Virus record (IMG/VR): IMGVR_UViG_3300022223_000285
From: a virus
Lineage: Duplodnaviria > Caudoviricetes
Reading direction: 5' to 3' (one strand)
Length of the DNA: 25,797 bases
The translations under genes and the position numbers were made by a program. How positions within the stretch are numbered: position 1 is the first letter of the stretch; each line of letters begins with the position of its first letter. Shown here one piece after another: positions 8,537-17,287 of the stretch. The notes under the pieces are model-generated. The model was given only the letters and a program-made list of their open reading frames with translations. It was not told the DNA's origin and did no database searches.

Positions 8537-9997
8537 CTATTTAATAAACTGAATCTGTGCGGCGAATATACGGAAGCCGTTGACCAGGTCAGGCGGGATC
8601 AGCGCATTGACCCGGTCCGGATTCGCACCATCGCGCTCAATCACCAGATCCTTTTTGAATTGGTCAATATTTTCGACAAGACCCTTCTTCTCCCAGTCGC
8701 TGCGCGCCAGGGCGACAATAACCTCCTTGATGCGTGTCGGGGTGGTGATCGCCTGGCCCGGTGCAATGCGCGCACCATCGTCCGCCAGCTTGAAGCGCGG
8801 AAACTTGAGCGCCACGGTTGCGCGCAGGCTATAGCGCAGATACATGATGTTGCGCATGTCGGTGACATTGAGATAGCTGGTATCCGGCACGCCGGCCTTG
8901 GTCTGGGATGTGGTAATCAATCGCTGAATGCGACATACGCCGCCATCATCCACCACAAACGTGCTGATGCCATCGCGCAGGTGCAGATCCTGCTCGGGGT
9001 AGGTGTATCGGTCTGCCTCGGCCGGTGCCATTACACCAGGCAGTGCCAGCGATTGCCGCGGGCGGTTTGGATCCGCCTCGGTCGCAGTTGCATCCACCGC
9101 AGCCACTACGGCGGCCAACACATAGGGCGGCGTTGGCGAATCCTGGCCACCCAGAATGGTCACGTGCGGCGAGTTGCGGCTGTCGCCAAGCGTGGTGATA
9201 TCAGAATGCGTACCACCGGCAGCGGCAAACGCATGGCCCTCTATCATCTTCATCGGCCCCCAGCGGCTGCTCAGCTCGGTTTCCAGCACGGTCAGGTTGG
9301 CGGCGTCGGTGTACGGCATCACAATGGTGTGATATTGCGTGTCACCAATGGCGGCCAGTGCGGCAGTAATGTCCGGGTTATTGGCCCCGGCCACACCATC
9401 AGCGATCACCGCACCCACGCCGGCGGGCAAGGTTTCGCCATCGTAGTAGTTCAGGCGCACATCAACATCATTGCCCGCCGCGCCCTTGTTGCGCGCGGTG
9501 AGTGTCACCACGCCCAGCGCAGAGGCGGCAGTAAACAGCAAGCTGGTGTCGGCATTCACGGCAGCGGCCACGGCGGTGGCGATTGCGGTCCCCGTGTCAG
9601 TGCTGGCCACGGCGGTTTTCACGCGCTGGCCGCCCACATACAAATTGATCGAGCCGGCGGCCGTGGCCGGGCCGGTGATGGTGATCGTCTTGGTGTGCGC
9701 AACACCGGCGCCATCATCATCCAGTGCCACCATGGTGGTCGGCGTGTAGGGATTGGCCTTTTTAAACGCGGCAATCATCGCCGCCAGCATGGAGCCACGG
9801 CCGGCCTGGGTTTCGCCTTCCGCCGCACTCACGGTGCGGGTCGGCGTATTGGCAGCGACGGTGCCGGCGGCCAGGCGCTGACCAATGATCAGCGCGCGGT
9901 GCGGCATGGCCGGTGAGCCTTTAAGTGCGCGGCTGCTGTCTACCTCGACATACGAGCCCGGCACACGCAGATCAATCGGTATTTCATTAAAGTCCAT
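8537..9997 (-). CDS. Contractile tail sheath protein (Mu gp39/L family)
   Basis: F.EIP.DLRVPG.YVE.D.S.A, GRGSML, I.RLITT and D..NP.RVN...PPDLVN motifs; 486 aa. Confidence 0.95.
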   Translation of the reverse strand: MDFNEIPIDLRVPGSYVEVDSSRALKGSPAMPHRALIIGQRLAAGTVAANTPTRTVSAAEGETQAGRGSMLAAMIAAFKKANPYTPTTMVALDDDGAGVAHTKTITITGPATAAGSINLYVGGQRVKTAVASTDTGTAIATAVAAAVNADTSLLFTAASALGVVTLTARNKGAAGNDVDVRLNYYDGETLPAGVGAVIADGVAGANNPDITAALAAIGDTQYHTIVMPYTDAANLTVLETELSSRWGPMKMIEGHAFAAAGGTHSDITTLGDSRNSPHVTILGGQDSPTPPYVLAAVVAAVDATATEADPNRPRQSLALPGVMAPAEADRYTYPEQDLHLRDGISTFVVDDGGVCRIQRLITTSQTKAGVPDTSYLNVTDMRNIMYLRYSLRATVALKFPRFKLADDGARIAPGQAITTPTRIKEVIVALARSDWEKKGLVENIDQFKKDLVIERDGANPDRVNALIPPDLVNGFRIFAAQIQFIK

Positions 9998-10023
9998 GAT
10001 TGTTTCCTCGGTCTGTTACCTGG

Positions 10024-10248
10024 TTACTTGTTGCCCTTGGGCTCCTGCCTGCTGGCGGGTGCCAGTGTTGGCTTTTCTTCCACGGCCACCATCACCACGT
10101 CACCGGCGCGCAGTCGGCGCTGCCAGTGCGGTGAGTTGGCTACCACCTTGCCCTTGGCAGGCAGCGGTGCCTTGTTTGCGTCATCCGGATCCGGCACACG
10201 CAAATCCTTGCGCGCGGGCTTGATATGCAGGGTCTTGGTCTCGGTCAT
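10024..10248 (-). CDS. Mu gp38-like small protein (DUF2635)
   Basis: IKPA...VPDP....LP..G..V....W.RRL..GDV signature; immediately upstream of the sheath gene. Confidence 0.85.
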   Translation of the reverse strand: MTETKTLHIKPARKDLRVPDPDDANKAPLPAKGKVVANSPHWQRRLRAGDVVMVAVEEKPTLAPASRQEPKGNK

Positions 10249-10249
10249 G

Positions 10250-10768
10250 TTATTGCTCCAGTGTCACCGTATCGGTGGCGTCGTTGTCATCGCCGGTCGG
10301 TGGCAGGTTGTAGTCAGCATTAAAAGTGATAAACGGTGACAGGTTGGCATTGACTGAATCCGCTGACAGGTCAACCGGTGCCAGCTCCAGCACCGCGCCG
10401 CACCAGGCCCAGGGGTGTTCGAGCTGGCGGGAGTTTTTCCACTCCACCAGCTCAATACCTATGCCGGAAACACTGGCAACAAATTGCTGCACCTGGTCAA
10501 TAAATGACAGTTCCAGCTCTTCAATCGCGGATCCACCGCTCGCTTCGCTCACCACACCCTGGAAAGTCAGCATCACGCGGACCGGGTGCAGGTTGTCACT
10601 GATCGCGGCGCGTGGTGCGCTCAATATCATGGTGACAATGCCGGCCTTCTGGTCTGCATCGTTGTATTGATCTATATGCTGGTAGTCGCGCGTCACCTTT
10701 CGGCCGGCAAACACCTGCTGCAGGATAATGAATAGCGGGTTGCCGATGAGTGTGTTGATTGCACTCAT
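10250..10768 (-). CDS. Putative tail completion/terminator protein (Mu gp37 position)
   Basis: Synteny between neck and gp38/sheath; acidic C-terminal D...DTV.L segment; weak motif support. Confidence 0.55.
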   Translation of the reverse strand: MSAINTLIGNPLFIILQQVFAGRKVTRDYQHIDQYNDADQKAGIVTMILSAPRAAISDNLHPVRVMLTFQGVVSEASGGSAIEELELSFIDQVQQFVASVSGIGIELVEWKNSRQLEHPWAWCGAVLELAPVDLSADSVNANLSPFITFNADYNLPPTGDDNDATDTVTLEQ

Positions 10769-11268
10769 GCCAGCCCCAGTTCGCGCAGACCGCGCGCGGC
10801 GGCTTTACGCATGAGCACCGGACCGCGGCGCCGCAAAAATTGGTGGGTGGGATCCACAAACGGCTGCGCCGGCGTGCCCTCCTCCTGGATCTTGCGCTGG
10901 ATCAAAAAGGCCAGCTCATCCTCATCGTCCACGTCCGGCGATTCCGGCGTGATCCCTTTCACTGATATCCAGTCCTTGAGCGTCTGAATACTTGGCACGC
11001 CACCCGGGCCGGTGCCCTCATCCACCATCGGCGCATAGTCCACAGCCGGGCCGATAAAAACAGCAAACTGGCCGCGCGGCTGGGATCGCATGGAGTTCAC
11101 CATGGTGCCTTCCGCCATGGAGCCGCGGGCATTGCGTTTCATCTCGCGCGCACCCTCGGCGCCGACGCGACCGATACCACGTTGCATGTGCTTGGCCATT
11201 ACGCCAGGCGCCAGCTTTAAGGCCTGCTCTACCCGCCGCGATGTGACCTTGATGCTCAGGTTTATCAT
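10765..11268 (-). CDS. Neck/virion morphogenesis protein (HK97 gp10-like)
   Basis: G.M.NS, YA..V.EGT and GT.AQPF..P motifs. Confidence 0.75.
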   Translation of the reverse strand: MINLSIKVTSRRVEQALKLAPGVMAKHMQRGIGRVGAEGAREMKRNARGSMAEGTMVNSMRSQPRGQFAVFIGPAVDYAPMVDEGTGPGGVPSIQTLKDWISVKGITPESPDVDDEDELAFLIQRKIQEEGTPAQPFVDPTHQFLRRRGPVLMRKAAARGLRELGLA

Positions 11269-11906
11269 GCTGCCAACCTCTCAAAGTCTTGCATCATGAC
11301 CTGCCATATTGCCGAGGCCGTGCCGTTGCGGGGTTGGCTCACGCCGTCTTTCAGCTTGTAGGCCTTGGTCACGCCGCGCATGGCCAGCTCACGCATGGCC
11401 TCGGCCTGGGCGCGCAACAACAGCAGTGCGCGCTCGGTATCCGGCACCGTGGTGTTGGCGGCCAGGTCATCAATCACGTGCGCGATGCGATAAGTGAAGG
11501 GGTACGTGCTGCCCAGGAGAGAAATCTGCTGAGCAGTGGGTGCCGGTACCAGGTGCAGCTGCTTGCCGTTGACGCCGCCGGCAATCACGGTGGCATGCGG
11601 CAAGCGCTTCGGGTAGTTGGCTTCCCAGGGCATCATGCGGCGGCGCACATCCTCGCCCCACTCGCACACCTGGAAACCACCAAAGCCCGCCGGCAAATCA
11701 TAATCGGCCACGCCGGCCTGCAGCGTGACTGTGCTGGTAATTATGCGCGGGCGAAGGCGGCCAAGATCAATAGCGGCCAGGTTCAGCAGCCGTGCCATTG
11801 CATTGTCCACTGCTTCCAGCCCAGTGCGATCAAATGCATTGGCCGCATCATGCAGCGACTGCTTGAGATCCGCGACCAGGTCGGCCTTGCTCATGGTGCC
11901 GGGCAT
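11265..11906 (-). CDS. Putative head-tail adaptor/connector protein
   Basis: 213 aa with L..G...Y.LP..F and L.L.PAP motifs reminiscent of head-tail adaptors; position in the operon. Confidence 0.55.
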   Translation of the reverse strand: MPGTMSKADLVADLKQSLHDAANAFDRTGLEAVDNAMARLLNLAAIDLGRLRPRIITSTVTLQAGVADYDLPAGFGGFQVCEWGEDVRRRMMPWEANYPKRLPHATVIAGGVNGKQLHLVPAPTAQQISLLGSTYPFTYRIAHVIDDLAANTTVPDTERALLLLRAQAEAMRELAMRGVTKAYKLKDGVSQPRNGTASAIWQVMMQDFERLAA

Positions 11907-12259
11907 CAGAATTCCCCTCGCCGCTTCACCTGCACCTGCACCTCAATGCCCAGCCGGCGCAAAATAAACCGCGCGCTCAGGTTCATCGAAGCAAGGGAGA
12001 GCGAGCCCAGTGCACCAATCATCATGCTCTTGGCAATCAGCTCATGCACGGTGATGGTGATAAAACCCATCATCGAGCTGGTTGCAAAAAACAGGATGCC
12101 AAACACCACGCCGATGAGTGTATACGCAACCACAAAGCTGGAGCGCGCCGGCTCACCACGCAGAATGTGATGCCCGGCAATCGCGCAACCACCCAGGCCA
12201 CCGCTGATGGCAGCGATGGCATAGATGATCCAGGTGGCGTATTCGGTCAGGCGCTCCAT
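11906..12259 (-). CDS. Holin-like membrane protein
   Basis: 117 aa, about 3 hydrophobic segments, basic C-terminus, adjacent to the spanin genes. Confidence 0.65.
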   Translation of the reverse strand: MERLTEYATWIIYAIAAISGGLGGCAIAGHHILRGEPARSSFVVAYTLIGVVFGILFFATSSMMGFITITVHELIAKSMMIGALGSLSLASMNLSARFILRRLGIEVQVQVKRRGEF

Positions 12260-12263
12260 CGCA

Positions 12264-12737
12264 TCAGCCTATTGGCAGCCGGGTGATGGCGGGTCGCCAC
12301 GCAGTGCCTCGAATTGACAGTTGGCCTGAATAATAGAGGCGTCTTGCCGTATCGAGCGCTCCCACAAGCAGCGATTGGTGTGGCATTGCAACATCGGACG
12401 CGCCACTGATTTTGTCAGCGCCGGGTTGATCTCCCGCTCCTTGTAGGTGGTGCACGCCGCCAAGTTCAACAACGACAGACTCAGGCATAGCCACATCAGC
12501 ACACTTGCCAGGATCGGGTGCCTCACGTATTCGAATAATCTTGGTTGTAGTAGTCTCTGCACGTTTCACCTCCGCAGTGGCCAGCCGATTGGCCGCCATG
12601 GCATCCTCTTCGGCTTGTTTCGCAGCTGCCGCCTGCACAGCTTCGCGCTCAGCATCGGCGCCCATCTCGTACATCTGCCAATGGCTCGCCATCAATGACA
12701 ATGCGATGGCCACAATGGCCCACAGTTTCATGGTCAT
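12264..12737 (-). CDS. Inner-membrane spanin (Rz-like)
   Basis: N-terminal TM helix, Ala-rich coiled coil and a Cys; fully contains a lipoprotein ORF in another frame. Confidence 0.7.
   Translation of the reverse strand: MTMKLWAIVAIALSLMASHWQMYEMGADAEREAVQAAAAKQAEEDAMAANRLATAEVKRAETTTTKIIRIREAPDPGKCADVAMPESVVVELGGVHHLQGAGDQPGADKISGASDVAMPHQSLLVGALDTARRLYYSGQLSIRGTAWRPAITRLPIG
12269..12496 (-). CDS. Outer-membrane spanin lipoprotein (Rz1-like), embedded in Rz
   Basis: From the ATG at 12496: MWLCLSLSLLNLAA-C, a lipobox followed by a Pro/Cys-containing mature part; nested in the 3' half of the Rz-like gene. Confidence 0.75.
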   Translation of the reverse strand: MWLCLSLSLLNLAACTTYKEREINPALTKSVARPMLQCHTNRCLWERSIRQDASIIQANCQFEALRGDPPSPGCQ

Positions 12738-13072
12738 GCTGTTTGCTCCTTTCGTTTACCCTTTAGCACCGCGGCCACACGTGGCCACCGCAATGCAATC
12801 AGATCAAGCGTGTGCGGATGCACCCAGCTGCAGGCCGGGCCCACGATCATCGCCGGGATCCACCAGGGCACCGTGCTGGTACCTGGCCACAAGGCGATCG
12901 CCGCCGCGCAGGAAACAGCAAGCGAAGCAAAGTAAATCCAGCCCGGGTTGTACTCACTGGCAAACAATCGAATGCCGCGCTTGATCGTCTCGGTACCAAA
13001 AAACACCGCCAGCACCAGCCAGGCCAGTGCGATCCATTCAGTTTGCGGCAGTATGTTTTGCAGGTCTGGCAT
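12734..13072 (-). CDS. Holin/antiholin-like membrane protein
   Basis: 112 aa, 3 hydrophobic segments and a basic tail; between endolysin and spanins. Confidence 0.6.
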   Translation of the reverse strand: MPDLQNILPQTEWIALAWLVLAVFFGTETIKRGIRLFASEYNPGWIYFASLAVSCAAAIALWPGTSTVPWWIPAMIVGPACSWVHPHTLDLIALRWPRVAAVLKGKRKEQTA

Positions 13073-13082
13073 GGTGATCTCT

Positions 13083-13634
13083 CTATGAGTAGGCGCGTTT
13101 TAGCCAGCCATTTTTGAATTTGGCGAGCCGCGGTTTAGTTACTACAAGCAATCGATAAAATGCGGCGGCCTCACTACGAATGGCCGGCAATAACTCGTTA
13201 GGGTATGAGCCATTGATTGCCGCCAAGCTGTTCGGGCCCAGCTTGCCATCATCAGGCGTCGGTCGGTGCACGGCATGACAGGCGCGCTGCACAATCTTGT
13301 GCGCCTGGTGTGCACCCATGTTGACCGCCATATCAAAAATCTTTGTTGCCACTTCCTGGTCATTGATTAACTCGTACTCATACCGATTCCACCACTGCAG
13401 CCGATAAAGATTTTCCGCATCGGATTGACTCATGGCGCGGATATCGCTGGCATCCACATCACCATCGTGATCAAGATCACCATCCAGGTAACCATCTCCA
13501 TCCAGGTCACCCAGTGTGCGCAACCATCGCAGGCTCACGCCGTAATTGGTTGCGCCACCAGGATCGGCTGGATCATCCACAAAACCGCCCTCATGCTTGA
13601 GAACGGTCAGGATGGCTGCATCGAAGCTGCTCAT
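13083..13634 (-). CDS. Endolysin, glycoside hydrolase family 108
   Basis: HEGGFVDDPADPGGATNYGV catalytic EGG motif, FDMAVN.G, DG.LGP.S and a C-terminal F.NGW..R peptidoglycan-binding motif. Confidence 0.93.
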   Translation of the reverse strand: MSSFDAAILTVLKHEGGFVDDPADPGGATNYGVSLRWLRTLGDLDGDGYLDGDLDHDGDVDASDIRAMSQSDAENLYRLQWWNRYEYELINDQEVATKIFDMAVNMGAHQAHKIVQRACHAVHRPTPDDGKLGPNSLAAINGSYPNELLPAIRSEAAAFYRLLVVTKPRLAKFKNGWLKRAYS

Positions 13635-13642
13635 ATCAGCAC

Positions 13643-14149
13643 CTAGTTGCGCGCGTCGATCTCAGTGTTGATGGCATCGAGCAGCTGCGGTTCGTCAGCA
13701 TGTGTTTCGCTGAGCTCAATCAGCTCCTCATCAGACTTGTCTTTCAGGGACGCGATAAAAGTCTCCACGTCTGACCCGCCGCCGGTGCCGGCATCTGCCT
13801 CCTCGGTTGCGCGCAGCAACTCTTCGGCTGCAATGGCTTCCATCACACCCTTGCGGGTGTTGCCGTCCTGCTCGGCAGACTTGAGCGCTGCCAGGTCATC
13901 ATCGCTGATCACCGGCTTGCCGTTTTCATCGCGCGCCTGGATGGCGGCCGCAATGTCTTTGATGTTGCCATCAAGCAGCTCCAGCACCGGGCTGGGCGCA
14001 GCGTCTTCGGCGGGTTTCTCAGGGGCTTGATAACCCGGCTGGCCGTGCAGATGGTTTTGCTCTACCTCGCGGGTCTTGCCCGGGAATACAGTGACAGGGC
14101 CAACAGAGATAGGCTTGTCTGTCTTATTGGTAAATGAAACTTTTGGCAT
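13643..14149 (-). CDS. Acidic head-associated hypothetical protein
   Basis: 168 aa, GGAG RBS, follows the capsid gene; the E..G..RKGV..AI motif is common in post-capsid phage proteins. Confidence 0.6.
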   Translation of the reverse strand: MPKVSFTNKTDKPISVGPVTVFPGKTREVEQNHLHGQPGYQAPEKPAEDAAPSPVLELLDGNIKDIAAAIQARDENGKPVISDDDLAALKSAEQDGNTRKGVMEAIAAEELLRATEEADAGTGGGSDVETFIASLKDKSDEELIELSETHADEPQLLDAINTEIDARN

Positions 14150-14168
14150 CGTCTTCTCCTTGCAAGTG

Positions 14169-14196
14169 GGCGCGCTACCGTTTCCAGTAGCGCGCC
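14169..14196. other. Perfect 10-bp GC-rich hairpin just after the capsid stop (mRNA stabiliser or weak terminator)
   Basis: GGCGCGCTAC-N8-GTAGCGCGCC with no U-tract on the minus strand. Confidence 0.6.
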
Positions 14197-14213
14197 GATC
14201 ATTGCGTTATGAC

Positions 14214-16814
14214 TTAAACCGCAGCGCGGGCCGTTACCGAGTAGGCGATCAGCGAAGTCAGGTGGCCGCGGATAGGCGTCGGCACTTTCATGGCGCTGAA
14301 TTCAGTGCCATACGCCTGTTTCTGACCGGTGGCATAACCATTAGCATCGGTTACCTCGAAGGGCTGGCCGGTGACAAATGGCTTGGCCACGGTGTAGGTC
14401 ATCACATTGCGCTGGCCGATAATGGCGCGCTCTTCGCCCAGGTCCACGCTCGGCGCATTGGTAGAAAATGCACCCACACCCTTGACGGTGGCCAGGTCGC
14501 CCTGGCTGGTGGTATCGGTACCGTTGCGCTTGCTGTCGGCCTCAAAGTTGTTGGCGTTGGTCACGCTGTTATTGAGCGTGTAGCTCATCAGCATGAAATC
14601 CGGCACCACAAACCGATCCTGTGCCATCAATGTTTTGCGATCACCAAAGGCGCGCAGCAAACCATTGAGGTGCAAGCCGATATCAGAGCCAGGATCGTCC
14701 ATGTCAAAGAATTCGACATTGGTTGAGTAGCTGTAGCTGATATCATCCACGCCGGCGGCGTTAGGTGGTGTGGCAGGCGTACCAGATTCATCTACAAACT
14801 GCACATAGCCCAGGTTGTAGTTGATGATGCTGTAATACGTGCCCGGTGCCTGGGTGCCGCTGCCGTCATACTCGGCAATCGCCGCACCATTGAGCCGCAC
14901 AACAATCGGATTTTCGAGGGCGCCGACCGCTGTGCCTTTCAGGTCGCGCTGCTGGTGTGGCCGCACGATCGGGAAGTTGGCAGTTTTCACAATGCTCTTG
15001 GCACCGGTCAGCTGCGCATCCAGGCCTTCATTGGCCACCGCGGTGGCGCTGTAGGCATCCGCGCTGCGCTGCAGCTCGTTGCAAATGCGGCGCACAATCA
15101 GCTCGCGCATGAATCGGGCATTGCTGGCCACGTTGCGGCCGTAAGCATCCCAGTTGATCGCGCTGGCACGGGTAAAGTGCATTACCTCTTCCGAGATAAT
15201 AAAGCCGAGCTTCATGGGCACGATGTACGCGGTATCCATGGCCTGCTGTACTGACGCGCGTCGAATCGGCTGGCCTTCATACACGACGCCATTGTTGAGA
15301 ATGGCGGAGCCATCACGTGTTTCATACGGGATCTCGGTGGTGGCTTGTGCGCTTGGGTCAGTCAGCGTCTGCAACAGTTCCAGCACGCGCAGATCGCTGA
15401 GCGCTTCCATGATCACGGTGCGCTGGAAACCGATCGGCAGCTGGGTATCGCCGATGCCGGTACTGCCAGCGGCAAACTGCTTGGCTTCATGCGCCAGGCG
15501 CACCGCATGGATGCGGTCAAACTCGGCCAGCACCATGCCGATCATGGGGTGTTGCTTGCTTGGGTCTTCGGCCAGCACCAGCTTGCGAGCGGCATGCTGG
15601 GAGGTGCCGCGCAGGCCCCTGTTGATCTCTTCCTGCAACTTCATCACCGAGTTGCGCTCATCAACCGTGATGTGCATGGATCCGGCCGGACCGGCATAGC
15701 CCATGCTGCTGAGCTTGGTGGCGGCCACCATCTTGTTGCCCAGGGCAATCTGGTGCTCAGCCAGCTTGGTCACCTGCTCGGCGGTCATGTTGGCGGTGAT
15801 CATGTCAGCGGCTGAGAGCAGCGCCTTGCGATCATCTTCAGACAGCTGCTTGAGGCCTTCGGCCTCTTCGATAGCGTCACTGAATTGCTTGACGTTGGCA
15901 TCCAGGCTCTCGGCCAGCTTCTTGACCTCTGCCTTTGCCTTGGCATCACGCTCATCCAGCAGCTTGTTGAGATCGTCAGCGGTAACACCGGCAGTGGGCG
16001 CTGGAATGTTCAGGCTGGAAAAATCCAGCTTGATGGCATCGTTGCCGGCCTTGCCGGCCTCGGCCAGCTGCTTGGCGGATTCAACAAAGGCATCAATCAC
16101 GGCGCCGATGGCGTCATCGTTTTCGCCCAGTGTTTTGCCCGCCACTTCCAGCTGGGCCACGTAGGCCGCAATTTGCTTTTCAGACAGGCCCTGCTCAGAT
16201 AGCTGCTTACGCAGCCGATCGATATGTTTTTTCATTTCTTGCTCCAGTTCTTCGGCAAGCATGTACGCCACGCGGTCGCTGACCAGCGCGGGCAGTTCAT
16301 CCTTGTCATGGGATAGGGTTACGGGGTCGAGGCCTTTCACGCGCGGGCGAATGGTCAGGCCGGCGCCAAACAGCAGCGGGCCATGCTCTTTTTGCGTTTC
16401 CGGGTGCAAGTAGTTATCCGTGAAGTCTATCGACAGGTAACGAAAGCCGCGCTTTTTCACAGCATCAATACCAAACTCGGTAAACTCCACCTCCGCGCGC
16501 AGTTTCTGCCCATCCATAAACAGCTTGCGGACAGTTGCCGCCGCGCCATCGCTGGGTGAGTGAGCCACATCAATGAAAATCTCCTGGCCATAGGTGTTGG
16601 CCTTGAAATTCTCAATGAAACTCTCAAACATTTTGCGCGTGAGCTTTACGGTTCCATAGAATGGATCCTTAAACTGCATCACCCGGGCCAGGTTCACGGT
16701 GGTGACCGTGTTGCCATTGTCAAAGCGCCGCGCGTCCACGCGATCCGAGTACAGCCGTATCGCGCCATCCAGCGCCGGTGCCTCAAATGTCATCCGCCTT
16801 GGTTTCAGTGCCAT
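14214..16814 (-). CDS. Fused prohead protease (Mu I-like) / scaffold / major capsid protein
   Basis: N-terminal protease motifs (IDVAH...GAA, F.YLS.DF, GAGLT.RP), a central coiled coil and a C-terminal capsid-sized region. The start is probably the ATG at 16814 (GGAG RBS) rather than 16847. No other capsid candidate is present. Confidence 0.85.
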   Translation of the reverse strand: MALKPRRMTFEAPALDGAIRLYSDRVDARRFDNGNTVTTVNLARVMQFKDPFYGTVKLTRKMFESFIENFKANTYGQEIFIDVAHSPSDGAAATVRKLFMDGQKLRAEVEFTEFGIDAVKKRGFRYLSIDFTDNYLHPETQKEHGPLLFGAGLTIRPRVKGLDPVTLSHDKDELPALVSDRVAYMLAEELEQEMKKHIDRLRKQLSEQGLSEKQIAAYVAQLEVAGKTLGENDDAIGAVIDAFVESAKQLAEAGKAGNDAIKLDFSSLNIPAPTAGVTADDLNKLLDERDAKAKAEVKKLAESLDANVKQFSDAIEEAEGLKQLSEDDRKALLSAADMITANMTAEQVTKLAEHQIALGNKMVAATKLSSMGYAGPAGSMHITVDERNSVMKLQEEINRGLRGTSQHAARKLVLAEDPSKQHPMIGMVLAEFDRIHAVRLAHEAKQFAAGSTGIGDTQLPIGFQRTVIMEALSDLRVLELLQTLTDPSAQATTEIPYETRDGSAILNNGVVYEGQPIRRASVQQAMDTAYIVPMKLGFIISEEVMHFTRASAINWDAYGRNVASNARFMRELIVRRICNELQRSADAYSATAVANEGLDAQLTGAKSIVKTANFPIVRPHQQRDLKGTAVGALENPIVVRLNGAAIAEYDGSGTQAPGTYYSIINYNLGYVQFVDESGTPATPPNAAGVDDISYSYSTNVEFFDMDDPGSDIGLHLNGLLRAFGDRKTLMAQDRFVVPDFMLMSYTLNNSVTNANNFEADSKRNGTDTTSQGDLATVKGVGAFSTNAPSVDLGEERAIIGQRNVMTYTVAKPFVTGQPFEVTDANGYATGQKQAYGTEFSAMKVPTPIRGHLTSLIAYSVTARAAV

Positions 16815-16826
16815 CTCAATCTCCAC

Positions 16827-16866
16827 AAAAAAGCCGAGCCACCGCATCCACGGTATTGCTCGGCTT
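16827..16866 (-). terminator. Terminator/attenuator-like hairpin in the capsid operon leader
   Basis: Minus strand reads AAGCCGAGC-N18-GCTCGGCTT-TTTT, ending just before the RBS. Confidence 0.55.
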
Positions 16867-16939
16867 CTCGCTTTCGCGCCTGGTGGCGCGCGTTATGCCC
16901 TGATTTCCGGTTTTTGGCCGGGTTTCCGGCCAGTTATCC

Positions 16940-16986
16940 CGAATCTAGGCAAAAAGATTGGACAAAAAAAGGGGGATCGTGTCACG
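16940..16986 (-). promoter_or_regulatory. Putative activator-dependent late promoter, copy 1 (capsid/tail operon)
   Basis: 33/47 ungapped identity with 24830-24876; CGTGACA box, CCCC-T-tract-GTCCA, and -10-like TAGATT. Confidence 0.75.
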
Positions 16987-17214
16987 GCAAGACAGGGAAA
17001 AATCCAGCCGTGTTTGTGTTTTCTTATAATTATTCTGTAAGGCAATATCGAGCAAAAAGGCAGACGTTTTACAGATAATCGAATCAGAAGGCTGAATGAT
17101 TGAAAAAACGGCAAGGAATCACAACAAATGTTGTCATGGGCTCACCTTGTATCACGCGCGGTACTGGGGTACTGTTCCGCCTACGGAACGCAGATAATAA
17201 TGCGAGTTGAAAGA

Positions 17215-17234
17215 GTACACTCTACTGCTCAGCC
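17215..17234. repeat. 20-bp exact direct repeat, copy 1 (GTACACTCTACTGCTCAGCC)
   Basis: Identical to 17365-17384; both copies are followed closely by TGGGAC. Confidence 0.95.
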
Positions 17235-17250
17235 ACTTGGGACAGAGCAC

Positions 17251-17281
17251 AAAAAAGCCCGGCACTCAGCCGGGCTTTTTT
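17251..17281. terminator. Bidirectional intrinsic terminator
   Basis: AAAAAAGCCCGGC-ACTCA-GCCGGGCTTTTTT; begins 7 nt after the CCA of the tRNA-like gene. Confidence 0.92.
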
Positions 17282-17287
17282 GCTATC

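Noticed and set aside
8660-9916. Long plus-strand ORFs (this one, 11289-12170, 17815-18612, 20823-21809 and others)
   Set aside because: Antisense shadows of GC-rich minus-strand genes, with no recognisable motifs.
11528-11537. 10-nt match (GCTGAGCAGT) to the RNA cargo inside the adaptor gene
   Set aside because: Too short to separate from chance in 26 kb on both strands, and it lies mid-CDS.
17150-17170. T-box-like GTACCGCG on the minus strand near the tRNA-like gene
   Set aside because: It lacks the UGGN bulge needed to pair with a tRNA NCCA end, and no stem I is apparent.
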